From contig JBLHWB010000001.1 of NCBI GenBank assembly GCA_047628915.1, positions 1 through 62,122 of the forward strand: a DNA stretch of 62,122 bases, written 5' to 3'. The notes below the pieces were generated by a model. The model worked only from the letters and a program-made list of their open reading frames with translations, had not been told where the DNA came from and searched no databases. The translations under genes were made by a program, and so were the position numbers. The DNA comes from Porticoccus sp. Lineage in GTDB: Bacteria > Pseudomonadota > Gammaproteobacteria > Pseudomonadales > CAWVSB01. Below are positions 1 through 9,269 of this stretch, one piece after another (position 1 is the first letter of the stretch; every line of letters begins with the position of its first letter).

Positions 1-1946
1 TTGACGCATTACGTGAATATTGGGGTGCTGGCAAAAATCAAGTAATCGCAGTTGAAGGCGATTTGACCAGTAACAAGCTTGGCGTAAAAGCTGCTTGGGT
101 TAAACAGCACGCCGGCTCTATCGATCACTTTATGCATTTAGCGGCAATTTATGATTTAACGGCAGATGCCGAGTCGCAGCGATTATCGAATGTTGAAGGT
201 ACCAATGAGGCGATTAAGTTATCCAAATCACTTAAGTCTGGTTGTTTTCATCTGGTGAGTTCAATCGCAGCCGCGGGTTTGTATAAAGGTACCTTTACTG
301 AAGATATGTTTGAAGAAGCCACCGATATGGATAATCCATATTTTTGGACCAAACATGAGTCTGAAGGTTTGGTGCGCAAAGAGAAGAAAATGGCCTGGCG
401 CATTTATCGGCCCGGTATGGTGGTAGGCCATTCTGAAACAGGACAAATGGATAAGATAGATGGCCCTTACTATTTCTTTGATTTAATTAATAACGTGAGC
501 AAAGTTATGCCAGAAGGCTTTCCGCTGCTAATGAGTAAAGCCGGTAACTTAAATATCGTGCCAGTAGATTTTGTTGCCGATGCAATAGATCATTTGGTGC
601 ACTTGCCAGATCAAGATCAACAGTGTTTCTTTATTACGGACCCTGATGGGGTGCGCGTTGGTAACTTGATTAAAACATTATTAAAAGTATCTGGCGGTGG
701 AAAGCTTAAAGCCTTAGATGCGCCAATTTTTGACAGCACCACCGAAAAAGCGGGCAAGGCCTTAAGTAAAATTGGCGCGGTTAAGTCACTCAGTAATCGA
801 TTGATTAAGCGGTTGGGCGTGCCGGCAGAGGTGATGGCTTATCTTAATTACCCTACACTTTATGACAATGAACAAACCACGGCTATATTGGCAGAGGCAG
901 GAATTATTTGCCCACCGTTTGAATCTTATGCTGATATTGTGTGGGCTTACTGGAAAGAGTTCATGCACCCTGAAAGTGTGTCAATGCGCGAAGAAATTGA
1001 CGGTATTTTCAATAAAATAGTTGGACGTCCTACCGTTTCTGCGTTGCGACGTGAAGTGAAGGGTAAGGTTGTTGTGGTTACCGGTGCAACCTCCGGTATT
1101 GGTAAAGAGTGTGCCTTGCGTCTTGCGCAAGCTGGAGCCGACGTTGTATTAGTGGCGCGCACCGTTGAGAAGCTTGATGAGACCCTAGCAGAAATTTCTG
1201 AGAGCGGCGGCAAAGCTTTTGCCTATTCATGTGATGTTTCAGATTTAAATGACTGCGATAAGCTAATAAAAAATCTACTGAGTAATCATGGAAAGGTAGA
1301 TATTTTGATTAATAACGCAGGCCGCTCAATTCGTCGTTCAGTACGATACAGTTATGATCGTTTCCATGATTTTGAACGCACCATGCAGCTTAATTATTTT
1401 GGTGCATTGCGTTTAATCACCGGTCTACTTCCCTCAATGGAAGCACAAAAAAGCGGTCATATTATAAATATTTCATCGATTGGAGTGCTAACAAGCCCAC
1501 CGAGGTTTTCCGCTTACGTTGCTTCTAAAGCAGCGCTTGATGCGTTTAGCCAATGTGCGGCACCAGAATATGCAGCGCAAAACATCCATTTCACTACTAT
1601 TTATATGCCGCTAGTACGCACGCCGATGATTGCGCCTACTAGTATGTACAAGGCATTTCCTACGTTATCGCCAGAGCAAGCAAGAGATCTTATTGTTAAG
1701 GCGATTTTAGGCAAGCCCAAGCGTGTTTCTACTGGTTTAGGTATAGCGGGGGCAGTGGCTCAGGCGACCACGCCAGATTTTACCGAGGCAATGTTAGCGC
1801 AGGCCTATAATTTGTTTCCGGATTCTGCAGCGGCGCGTGGTCTAAGTGATGAAGAAGCCGAAGCAGAGAAAGCTAATATACCAACCACTAAACGTCAGAT
1901 CGCTAGAAGGCTGTTTACTAGTGTCATGCGCGGTGGCCATTGGTAA
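1..1946 (+). CDS. Two-domain fatty acyl-CoA/fatty aldehyde reductase-like protein (thioester-reductase type NAD-binding domain fused to a classical SDR); 5' end lies outside the window
   Basis: Frame 3 is open from nt 3 (DALREYWGAGKNQVIAVEGDLTSNKLG...), so the TTG at 63 in the track is internal and the gene starts upstream. The N-terminal part looks like a reductase NAD-binding domain (IDHFMHLAAIYDL, YRPGMVVGH). The C-terminal part is a classical SDR (VVVTGATSGIGKE glycine motif; YVASKAAL = YxxxK). The same two-domain layout occurs in the characterised Marinobacter fatty acyl-CoA/aldehyde reductases. Confidence 0.8.
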   Translation, partial: DALREYWGAGKNQVIAVEGDLTSNKLGVKAAWVKQHAGSIDHFMHLAAIYDLTADAESQRLSNVEGTNEAIKLSKSLKSGCFHLVSSIAAAGLYKGTFTEDMFEEATDMDNPYFWTKHESEGLVRKEKKMAWRIYRPGMVVGHSETGQMDKIDGPYYFFDLINNVSKVMPEGFPLLMSKAGNLNIVPVDFVADAIDHLVHLPDQDQQCFFITDPDGVRVGNLIKTLLKVSGGGKLKALDAPIFDSTTEKAGKALSKIGAVKSLSNRLIKRLGVPAEVMAYLNYPTLYDNEQTTAILAEAGIICPPFESYADIVWAYWKEFMHPESVSMREEIDGIFNKIVGRPTVSALRREVKGKVVVVTGATSGIGKECALRLAQAGADVVLVARTVEKLDETLAEISESGGKAFAYSCDVSDLNDCDKLIKNLLSNHGKVDILINNAGRSIRRSVRYSYDRFHDFERTMQLNYFGALRLITGLLPSMEAQKSGHIINISSIGVLTSPPRFSAYVASKAALDAFSQCAAPEYAAQNIHFTTIYMPLVRTPMIAPTSMYKAFPTLSPEQARDLIVKAILGKPKRVSTGLGIAGAVAQATTPDFTEAMLAQAYNLFPDSAAARGLSDEEAEAEKANIPTTKRQIARRLFTSVMRGGHW

Positions 1947-1980
1947 TTGTGTAGACTTTAGTAATGATAGCAGTATAAAA

Positions 1981-2007
1981 AAACGCGCCTAGTGCGCGTT
2001 TTTTTAT
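1981..2007. terminator. Bidirectional Rho-independent terminator between convergent genes
   Basis: AAACGCGC-CTAGT-GCGCGTTT hairpin (1981-2001), preceded by an A-run and followed by a T-run. It lies between the stop at 1946 (+) and the stop at 2031 (-). Confidence 0.7.
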
Positions 2008-2030
2008 GACCGAAAAATAACTATTAGTCC

Positions 2031-2669
2031 CTAGACATAGCGATTACTGCGCGCATCAACGGTGAGTAAATATTGAGCTAAATAGTAAGTGACCATGATA
2101 GCGTAATGGGCGCCTTCAATAGGTGCGTCAAATCGATTAAAGGCGATAATTGAATCTGACACCATAAATGCCAGCGCACCTAGAATTACCAGCGGATGAT
2201 TATTTGCTCCCAAGCTAGCAGTGATGCCCATAGCCGCAATTACACCAATATAAAAATACACTGCAATAGCCAGCTCACCCAAGTTGGGGCTGAGAATAGA
2301 GGCAGATATAAACGTTGATGAAACTATAATAAGGCCAAGTAACAGCCTGAGTAAGTTGAATTCAATGTTGCGACAAAAAACCACTAAGTAGCAGATATGG
2401 GCTATTAAAAAGAAGCTTAAACCGAGGATAAAATTATCCTGTTCCATAAAAATATCGCCGCTAGCAGAAAACACCAATGCAGCAAAAATACCAATGCGTT
2501 TCCAGTCTCCAGTAGAGCGTAGAACTAAGATTGCTAACATCGCAATAGGCACTATTTTTAGCAGGGTAGTTAATACTGACGGTGTGTATGGAAGTAATGC
2601 TATAAATAATATTGCGCTTAACCAAAAGATCGCTTCGACAGTTTTGTCAGCAGTAGAGAGTTTTGCCAC
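2031..2669 (-). CDS. YhhN-family (lysoplasmalogenase-like) integral membrane protein
   Basis: 212 aa and almost entirely hydrophobic helices. Carries YhhN/TMEM86-like motifs (SASGDIFME, FLIAHICYL, MVSDSIIAF). Confidence 0.6.
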   Translation of the reverse strand: MAKLSTADKTVEAIFWLSAILFIALLPYTPSVLTTLLKIVPIAMLAILVLRSTGDWKRIGIFAALVFSASGDIFMEQDNFILGLSFFLIAHICYLVVFCRNIEFNLLRLLLGLIIVSSTFISASILSPNLGELAIAVYFYIGVIAAMGITASLGANNHPLVILGALAFMVSDSIIAFNRFDAPIEGAHYAIMVTYYLAQYLLTVDARSNRYV

Positions 2670-2765
2670 GGTAGTAATCCCCAGGTAGTTTACTAATATT
2701 TTGCTACACCATAAATGGTGGCAAGCATATTGGCTAGAATTTATTAGACTGACGAATATATGGAT

Positions 2766-2813
2766 TGAAAAATGCCAGACGAAAACATAGGCGGGGGGAC
2801 AGAATCGTCTGGC
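2766..2813 (-). terminator. Rho-independent terminator ending the sensor kinase / regulator / LTXXQ-protein operon
   Basis: 9-bp arms GCCAGACGA (2774-2782) and TCGTCTGGC (2805-2813). On the minus strand the hairpin is followed by ATTTTTC. It starts 9 nt after the stop at 2822. Confidence 0.55.
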
Positions 2814-2821
2814 AGAGGGGT

Positions 2822-3184
2822 TTAGCTTTTTTGCGGACGCTTTTTAGGGCGGTTTTCTTTCATAAATGTATGAAACATTTCTAATTGTTCTGGCGTTAGT
2901 ACTTCAGCCATTTCTGCTTTACGCTTGGTATGGGTTTCATCGCGCATCTGCTTGTTCACTTGTTTGCGCTCTTGGCGCTCAGTGCGGTGTTTTTCTAGCG
3001 TTGCGGTAAACTGTTCTGTTTGCTTATCACTAAGTTGCATTTGTTCAATAATTGGCGCGAAATCCAGTTTCTTGTGGTTTTTTCCTTCTTGTTTTTTTTC
3101 GGCTACGGCAAAGTCAATACTGGCTACTAGTAGTAAGCCACCAAAAATTTTTGTAACGTTTTTAACAGTAGTGTTCATTGTCAT
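2822..3184 (-). CDS. Small periplasmic LTXXQ-motif protein (Spy/CpxP/ZraP-like)
   Basis: 120 aa with a signal peptide (GGLLLVASIDFAVA|EKK). Highly charged helical body with two LTXXQ-type motifs (LSDKQ, LTPEQ). Lies directly downstream of an OmpR-type two-component system. Confidence 0.6.
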   Translation of the reverse strand: MTMNTTVKNVTKIFGGLLLVASIDFAVAEKKQEGKNHKKLDFAPIIEQMQLSDKQTEQFTATLEKHRTERQERKQVNKQMRDETHTKRKAEMAEVLTPEQLEMFHTFMKENRPKKRPQKS

Positions 3185-3258
3185 CTTCCTATTTATTTGT
3201 TTAAGTACATATAGTAGAACTTAACTGCGCATAAAATATGGACGAAAAAAGGAAGTAA

Positions 3259-3930
3259 TTAAGCGGTGGGTTCAAATTTGTAGCCAGCGCCATAGACTGA
3301 GTAGATGACATCGTCATCGGGTATTAGTCGCTGTATTTTTTTACGCAATTTCTTGATGTGGCTATCTATTGTCCTATCACTAACCACGCGGTGATCTTGA
3401 TATATTTCATCCATGATTTTATCGCGGGAGAATATATAACCGGGTTTTTCAAACAACATCGTGAAGAGCTCAAATTCGACTGTGGTCAACTTTGTATCTT
3501 CACCGTTGACGGTCACCTTTAATCGATCTTTATCCACTAGGATTCCCTGCATTGATGGCGTAGGCGGCTGAAATCTTCGCAATACTGCTTTTACTCTGGC
3601 GACAACTTCACGTGGGCTATAGGGTTTGCAAATATAATCATCGGCCCCTAATTCTAGTCCTAGCAGGCGATCAATCTCTTCAATTTTTGCGGTTAACATC
3701 ATGATGGGAATAGTTGATGACAGGCGAATTTCTTTACAAATGTCTAAACCATCTTTTCCTGGTAGCATTAAATCTAACAGAATTAATGCAGGCTTATTTT
3801 CTTTTACCCATGCTGCTACTGCTAAGCCGTTGTCAATAATGTGAGAATTAAAACCGGCTGCATGCAGGTAGTCGGCAAGAATTGAGGCAAGTTGTGGTTC
3901 ATCTTCAATAATTAATATTGTTTGGCTCAT
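3259..3930 (-). CDS. OmpR/PhoB-family response regulator (BaeR/CpxR-like)
   Basis: Receiver domain (ILIIEDEP..., phospho-acceptor context LLDLMLPGKDG) plus a winged-helix output (LTTVEFELFTMLFEKPGYIFSRDKIMDEIY). Confidence 0.9.
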   Translation of the reverse strand: MSQTILIIEDEPQLASILADYLHAAGFNSHIIDNGLAVAAWVKENKPALILLDLMLPGKDGLDICKEIRLSSTIPIMMLTAKIEEIDRLLGLELGADDYICKPYSPREVVARVKAVLRRFQPPTPSMQGILVDKDRLKVTVNGEDTKLTTVEFELFTMLFEKPGYIFSRDKIMDEIYQDHRVVSDRTIDSHIKKLRKKIQRLIPDDDVIYSVYGAGYKFEPTA

Positions 3931-3938
3931 AGTGGTAC

Positions 3939-5387
3939 CTAGGTTACTAATGGCAGTTTAATCACAATACACAGTCCGCCTAAATTTGACTGAGTAGCAG
4001 CAATGCTGCCATTGTGAGCTTGCACTATATTTTTACATAATGACAAACCTAAGCCAGCCCCTCCATCAGCGCGATTTCTAGATTTTTCTGCCCTAAATAA
4101 GCGGTCAAATAACTGCAGCAGATCGGTGTCACTGACACCAGGGGATGAGTCGTTTAACTCAAACTTTATTGTGTCTGTGGTCGCGCTTAGTCTAATTGTT
4201 AATTCACCCGGCGCATCGGTATAACGTAAAGTGTTGGTTAGTAAATTGGCGAATAGTTGCTGCAGACGAGATGGGTCGGCAAACACCATATCAGTTTCCT
4301 TAGCGCTATTAATTAGTTTTATAGCAATCCCTTGGTGTTGGAATTCGGTATCAAAATCATTAATAATCTGGGTAATAACCGGGATAAGCTGAATTTTTTC
4401 TTTTCTATAGCTTAGCGAACCTTGGTCTGAAAGTGCGAGTTGGTATAAGTCGTTAACTAGATTACCCAACTGATTAATATTATTATTAAGCTGCTTGAGC
4501 GAGTCTTTGTCGTTTGGACGAATCCCGTCAATCATTGCTTCTATCTGCCCTTTGATAACGGCAATAGGCGTGCGTAATTCGTGAGATATATCGCTTACCC
4601 ACTGTTTTCGAGAGTTTTCATTGGCGCGCAGTGTTTTCGCCAATTGATTGAAATTATTACTTAGTTGGCCCATCTCGTCGCTGCTACTGCTTTTGGTATC
4701 AATATTATAGTTGCCAGCAATAAGTGATTTGGTAGAACTTAGTAGCTTAAGAATAGGGCGCACTAGCTGGCGAGCTAAGGGAATAGAAATTAATAGCGAC
4801 AGCAATAACATCGCTGCACTGATCATAGCGAAGGTTTTGGTTTGGCTAGCGACAAAACCAAGGTCTAACTGGTTTTGTAGCAACTTCGAGGGAGCAAGTT
4901 GCAAATAACCAACGACAACACCGTTACTGATGATTTTTTGGGTGAGTGATGGCTGATTATTATCTACCGAGGTATTGTCGCGAAGGCGGCGGCCGATGAT
5001 CTTATTTTGTTCATCATCAAACAATGAAATGCGCTCTAGTATCTGACGGCCTTCTGGCGGCAGCTTATCTCTCGGTGGCCGTCCAAATGGAGGCGGTGGG
5101 CGGTTATCGCGCTTTGACTTTATGCTGGGGTCTTCATTTAATATGTATTCGCGATGCAAGTCGCGCCACAGACGGCGACTGTCTATGATGAATTCCCAAC
5201 TGCCGTGTTTAGTATAAAGTTTGCCCAGTTCATCGGTTAGTGGCGCAAGTTTTACTAACTCTTGCGAATTAACATAGTTGAGAAAACCGCGGTCAAAACT
5301 CCATTGCATAAATGCAAACATGCCGCTGGTGGCAATCAATGTGGTTAGCAAAAAAGCGCTAATGAGTTTTAATTGAATATTGTTCAT
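3939..5387 (-). CDS. Sensor histidine kinase (BaeS/CpxA-like): two TM segments, periplasmic loop, HAMP, HisKA, HATPase
   Basis: H-box SHELRTPIAVIKGQIEAM, N-box LLTNTLRYT, and G-boxes DSSPGV and GGAGLGLSLCKNIV. The periplasmic loop has a proline-rich stretch, RPPPPFGRPPRDKLPPEGR. Confidence 0.9.
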   Translation of the reverse strand: MNNIQLKLISAFLLTTLIATSGMFAFMQWSFDRGFLNYVNSQELVKLAPLTDELGKLYTKHGSWEFIIDSRRLWRDLHREYILNEDPSIKSKRDNRPPPPFGRPPRDKLPPEGRQILERISLFDDEQNKIIGRRLRDNTSVDNNQPSLTQKIISNGVVVGYLQLAPSKLLQNQLDLGFVASQTKTFAMISAAMLLLSLLISIPLARQLVRPILKLLSSTKSLIAGNYNIDTKSSSSDEMGQLSNNFNQLAKTLRANENSRKQWVSDISHELRTPIAVIKGQIEAMIDGIRPNDKDSLKQLNNNINQLGNLVNDLYQLALSDQGSLSYRKEKIQLIPVITQIINDFDTEFQHQGIAIKLINSAKETDMVFADPSRLQQLFANLLTNTLRYTDAPGELTIRLSATTDTIKFELNDSSPGVSDTDLLQLFDRLFRAEKSRNRADGGAGLGLSLCKNIVQAHNGSIAATQSNLGGLCIVIKLPLVT

Positions 5388-5478
5388 AGCGTTATTATGA
5401 AGTGGCGATTAGTGAAAGCTATGACTTTACAGCGCTTGCACAATGCTTTCACATTTGTCGACATTGTGAGCGCTAGTG

Positions 5479-6354
5479 TTACACCGTTAGTAAACGACGC
5501 CACAGACTTTCGTTGCCTTTGTTTTGCTCACGTAGCAATAATAGTTCTGCTAGCATTCCTTCTATATCTTCTGAGATATCTTCACGAATTGAGGATAATT
5601 GACGTTTGGTTGGCAACGTGCCTTTAAAATCGCTTAAGTCTACCGGTTGGCCAAATTGAATATAGCAGTGCTGTGGTTTAGGTATTAATGAGCCAAGCGT
5701 TCCTGCTGGAATTGGCGGCAACATATCTGGTCTGGTATTTTCGCTTAGCAGTCCCAGTTTAGTTAACCATTTGCCAACAGTGGTATTTGGTAAGTCCTCA
5801 CCTTCGATTAAATGATTATAAAATTCATCGGGCCCGACTAGCGCCATAGGCATAATTGTGTAGCCATGCATCGCTGCCATCTTGATAAAGCCAAAGCGCT
5901 CTTTCCATTGCAGGGTATAACGCTGAGCTTGTGTTTTAGTTGCCTCATGAGCCCCACCAGGGAAAACTAGTAGATCATGGCCTGCGTCCATTAGTGCGCT
6001 GCAGACTTTTGGGTCGCCTAATACGCCACCTTGTCTCAAAATGAATTCTTCGGTTTTAGGTGTCCACATAAAGCGATCACCTAGGCCACGTAAAAAACGC
6101 TGCTGCTCAACTAACATTGCTGGGGCTAACACCATGCCATCTATAGCAAATAAAGAATGGTTGCCAATAAACAGACAAGGTTGGTCGGGAATATTGTCGG
6201 TATTGATTAACGTTGGGTTAAACAAACGCTTGATGATTTTGTATGTCGGACTGCTAGCTGTTAGTAAGGGTGGGGTAACTGCTAACGCTTTTTCAATATG
6301 ACGATCTAGCCCTTCATCGTCATAAGGGCGGCTATTTTTGTCGGCGGCGCTCAT
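5479..6354 (-). CDS. Acyltransferase of the PlsC/LPLAT superfamily (lysophospholipid or glycerolipid acyltransferase-like)
   Basis: 291 aa. Motif I-like FIGNHSLFAIDG (His and Asp spaced HX5D rather than HX4D) and motif III-like VFPGGAHE. Confidence 0.6.
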   Translation of the reverse strand: MSAADKNSRPYDDEGLDRHIEKALAVTPPLLTASSPTYKIIKRLFNPTLINTDNIPDQPCLFIGNHSLFAIDGMVLAPAMLVEQQRFLRGLGDRFMWTPKTEEFILRQGGVLGDPKVCSALMDAGHDLLVFPGGAHEATKTQAQRYTLQWKERFGFIKMAAMHGYTIMPMALVGPDEFYNHLIEGEDLPNTTVGKWLTKLGLLSENTRPDMLPPIPAGTLGSLIPKPQHCYIQFGQPVDLSDFKGTLPTKRQLSSIREDISEDIEGMLAELLLLREQNKGNESLWRRLLTV

Positions 6355-6449
6355 GGTGTTTCCCTATTCAAAAATATGTAGACTAACTAAAAATTGATAT
6401 TTTACCCTGTAGCAAGTAAAAAAGGGCAAAAAATAGGGTTTTGACTGCT

Positions 6450-7769
6450 TTATTGGGTCGGTATTGGGGATAGTACGCCAATAGTTAGCTGCGTTGCTTG
6501 AGCGTTAAACCCTGCTCGACGCAGTGCGTTGGCCAAACTGAAAGCGTCATTTAACGGTATTGTATGCTGACGTTGCCATAAGGCTATGCGCATCGATACC
6601 TGCTCTGCCTTACTGTCTTTAAGTCCGCGCAATAAGTTTTGCGACCATCGTTTAGTAAGTATCAAATTAGGGTCTAGTACCGATGCTAATTCTAGATAAT
6701 CTAGTGCATTATCAAAATTACCGCTGACCTCCGCTATTGTGGCTTTCGCTAATTGCAGTGATGCTGATGCTGGGTCAGCAATGGCGGTTACAATTTTTTT
6801 AGCTTCTTTAACTCTGTTTTGATCTAACAAGGCATAGCTAAGAGCTAGGTTTAAGTTGGTACTTTGCGGATGGCTGGCAATTGCGCTGCGGGCAATTCTT
6901 TCTGCGGCAACGGGTTGGCTTAGCGCTCTCAATAGCTTGGCGACACTAACTAGTTGTTGCTCGGTAGGTTGTGGGTCAGCATCGTTAATCAGTGTTTGAA
7001 CACCAAGAAAATCGTCAGCCCAGGCACTAAGCATTAATTGAGTGTTTTTGTATTCAACTTGATTTGCCGCGATGGCAGTTCTTTGCAGGCGACTTAGGGC
7101 TGTTGCTGGTGATTTTTGTTGCGCATATTGAATAATAAGATTGGCATAGAGTTTTAATGCTTCCCTGTCACTACTATTACTCGCTAAGTAATCTTCTATG
7201 TAATCGAGAGCTACTAGGTAATCACGGTCACGAAATGATTTGGCTGCCAATAATTGCAGCTCATTATTGCTAGGTGCTAATCTAGTTGCTTCAACCAATA
7301 GCTCATTTGCCATACTGGGATTATAAGTCAGCAGCTGTTTGCTAAGTCTGGTAGCGAGGTAGGGGCTGTCAGGTAGCAGGTCTAAACTGGCGCCATATAA
7401 CAGTGAGTAACCAGCATTATTAGCAGATGCAGCTTCAACCAACATGTCTATTGTCTGCTTGCTGGCAAGCTGTAGCTCTAAGCTTGCAAATAAATCCAGT
7501 AATTCAGTATTGCGGCCAGCATTGTGCAGAACTTCCAGTTGATCGATTAGTAACTCAGGATCATTAGGATAGTTTTTTTGCAATAATTGTAATTTTCGTA
7601 TTGCTTGATCAATCTGGCCATTGTTAGCGAGCGTCAATGCTTCTTTACGCATTGACTGCACTTCGTCGCGCACTAAGTCAGCAGGCGATGGTGCGAGACT
7701 AATAATTAGCATACAGGTACCGACAAGGGCGGTAATCGCTATTAAGGGATGAATTCTTTTTCGTGGCAT
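6450..7769 (-). CDS. TPR-repeat protein with N-terminal signal anchor
   Basis: Repeated helical TPR-like units run throughout. I prefer the internal ATG at 7769 (MPRKRIHPLIAITALVGTCMLIISLAPS) because a hydrophobic anchor follows it. The track ORF extends to 7886. Confidence 0.6.
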   Translation of the reverse strand: MPRKRIHPLIAITALVGTCMLIISLAPSPADLVRDEVQSMRKEALTLANNGQIDQAIRKLQLLQKNYPNDPELLIDQLEVLHNAGRNTELLDLFASLELQLASKQTIDMLVEAASANNAGYSLLYGASLDLLPDSPYLATRLSKQLLTYNPSMANELLVEATRLAPSNNELQLLAAKSFRDRDYLVALDYIEDYLASNSSDREALKLYANLIIQYAQQKSPATALSRLQRTAIAANQVEYKNTQLMLSAWADDFLGVQTLINDADPQPTEQQLVSVAKLLRALSQPVAAERIARSAIASHPQSTNLNLALSYALLDQNRVKEAKKIVTAIADPASASLQLAKATIAEVSGNFDNALDYLELASVLDPNLILTKRWSQNLLRGLKDSKAEQVSMRIALWQRQHTIPLNDAFSLANALRRAGFNAQATQLTIGVLSPIPTQ

Positions 7770-7994
7770 TAGCTGATAAATTTTCGCGTGAAATAGGGTT
7801 TGTTTGTTATTTGAAGCCAATAATAGCACGGTTTGTGCTGTACGCAGAGTGATCAGTGTCAAATTTTGAACACCACTAAGTGGCATAATTCACGGTTATT
7901 ACGCACATTTAAGTAAGCCCTAGCGTGTCGTATTGTTAAACTGATTTATGTAGCCAGTAAATGTCGCTTAGACAAAGATGTCGAGAGAGCCTTA

Positions 7995-9266
7995 ATGAAA
8001 TTTGAAACCGTGAAACTTCCATTAATTATATTATCAGCCAGTGCAATGGTGGTTTTATTATTGGTGTTGTTTAAACCTGAACCGCCCCGCAATCCGGTAG
8101 AGATAGAACCGTTGATAGTGGATGTGGTTGAAGTTAAGCGTAAGGCATTACCCGTGTCTATCGCTGGGCAGGGTGTTGTGTCTCCCAGAATTCACACTTC
8201 GATGATTTCTGAAGTGTCTGGTCGAGTGATTAGTGTGTCTGATAAATTTGTGGTTGGCGGGTTTTTTGAGCGTGGCGAGGTGTTGCTAAAAATTGATGAC
8301 ACTGACTACATCGTTAAATTAAGACAAGTAGAAGCCGCAGTGGCCTTAGCACGCAGTAAGCTTGCCCAAGAAAAAGGTTTTTCTAAGGTAGCTTTAATTG
8401 AATGGGAGAGGCGTCACAATAGAGATTCTCTTGATTCTCCATCGCGTGATTTGGCGTTAAGAAAACCACAGATAGAAGAAGCAAAAGCGCAGTTAGTATC
8501 TACCTTGGCCCAACTAGAGCAAGCCAAAAGTGATTTGCAAAAAACTCAATTCACCGCGCCTTATCGCGGTTTAGTTAAGTCTAAAAGTGTCGATATTAGT
8601 CAATATGTTTCAGCAGGGAGTGAAGTTGCGCAAACGTTTGCTATTGACATTGCTGAAATTAGATTACCGGTAGGCGAAAGTAAATTGGCCTACTTAAACC
8701 TTCCTGATGACTTTTCAGCTAACACTGGCCTGACAAACGCATCGGTGATGCTGACGCATACAGTTGGCGAAAAAATTTATGGTCATCAAGCCTATTTAAC
8801 TCGAACAGAAGGTGTACTCGACGCTGGTAGCCGCAGCCTTTATTTGGTGGCGCAAGTGGCAGACCCTTATGGCTTGGAACGTAAGTCTGAGAACTCATCT
8901 ATGTTAAGAGTTGGCACCTTTGTTAATGCCGAAATACAAGGCAAAACAATACCCAATTTAGTTGAGCTACCCCGAAACATTTTACGACCAGGAAATAATC
9001 TTTGGGTAGTGGATTCACAAAACAGATTGCAGCTGCGCAAGATAAGTGTGTTGCGAACAGGCGGTGAAAAAATGTTAGTGTCGAATGGTTTAGATGATGG
9101 TGACCTTGTTTCTTTGACCAGTGTTGGCACTGTGTTGTCAGGAACCCCCGTGCGCATTGGCTCCATTTCTAGTCAGCAAGACGCCTCAATGCTCGGTAGT
9201 GAAACTAATGCCAGGCCAAGCTCTGTTGCTCAAGATATTAGTATTGCCCCTTTAGGCGGGGTGTAA
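7995..9266 (+). CDS. RND efflux periplasmic adaptor (membrane fusion protein, HlyD family)
   Basis: 423 aa with an N-terminal TM anchor, a coiled-coil hairpin (LRQVEAAVALARSKLAQEK ... QIEEAKAQLVSTLAQLEQAKSDLQKT) and a beta-barrel C-terminus. Its stop abuts the RND permease start. Confidence 0.85.
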   Translation: MKFETVKLPLIILSASAMVVLLLVLFKPEPPRNPVEIEPLIVDVVEVKRKALPVSIAGQGVVSPRIHTSMISEVSGRVISVSDKFVVGGFFERGEVLLKIDDTDYIVKLRQVEAAVALARSKLAQEKGFSKVALIEWERRHNRDSLDSPSRDLALRKPQIEEAKAQLVSTLAQLEQAKSDLQKTQFTAPYRGLVKSKSVDISQYVSAGSEVAQTFAIDIAEIRLPVGESKLAYLNLPDDFSANTGLTNASVMLTHTVGEKIYGHQAYLTRTEGVLDAGSRSLYLVAQVADPYGLERKSENSSMLRVGTFVNAEIQGKTIPNLVELPRNILRPGNNLWVVDSQNRLQLRKISVLRTGGEKMLVSNGLDDGDLVSLTSVGTVLSGTPVRIGSISSQQDASMLGSETNARPSSVAQDISIAPLGGV

Positions 9267-9269
9267 TTG

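Noticed and set aside
5373-5627. 84-aa + strand ORF between the sensor kinase and acyltransferase genes
   Set aside because: It overlaps the 5' end of the kinase gene and the 3' end of the acyltransferase gene on the opposite strand. It has no motifs and is likely spurious.
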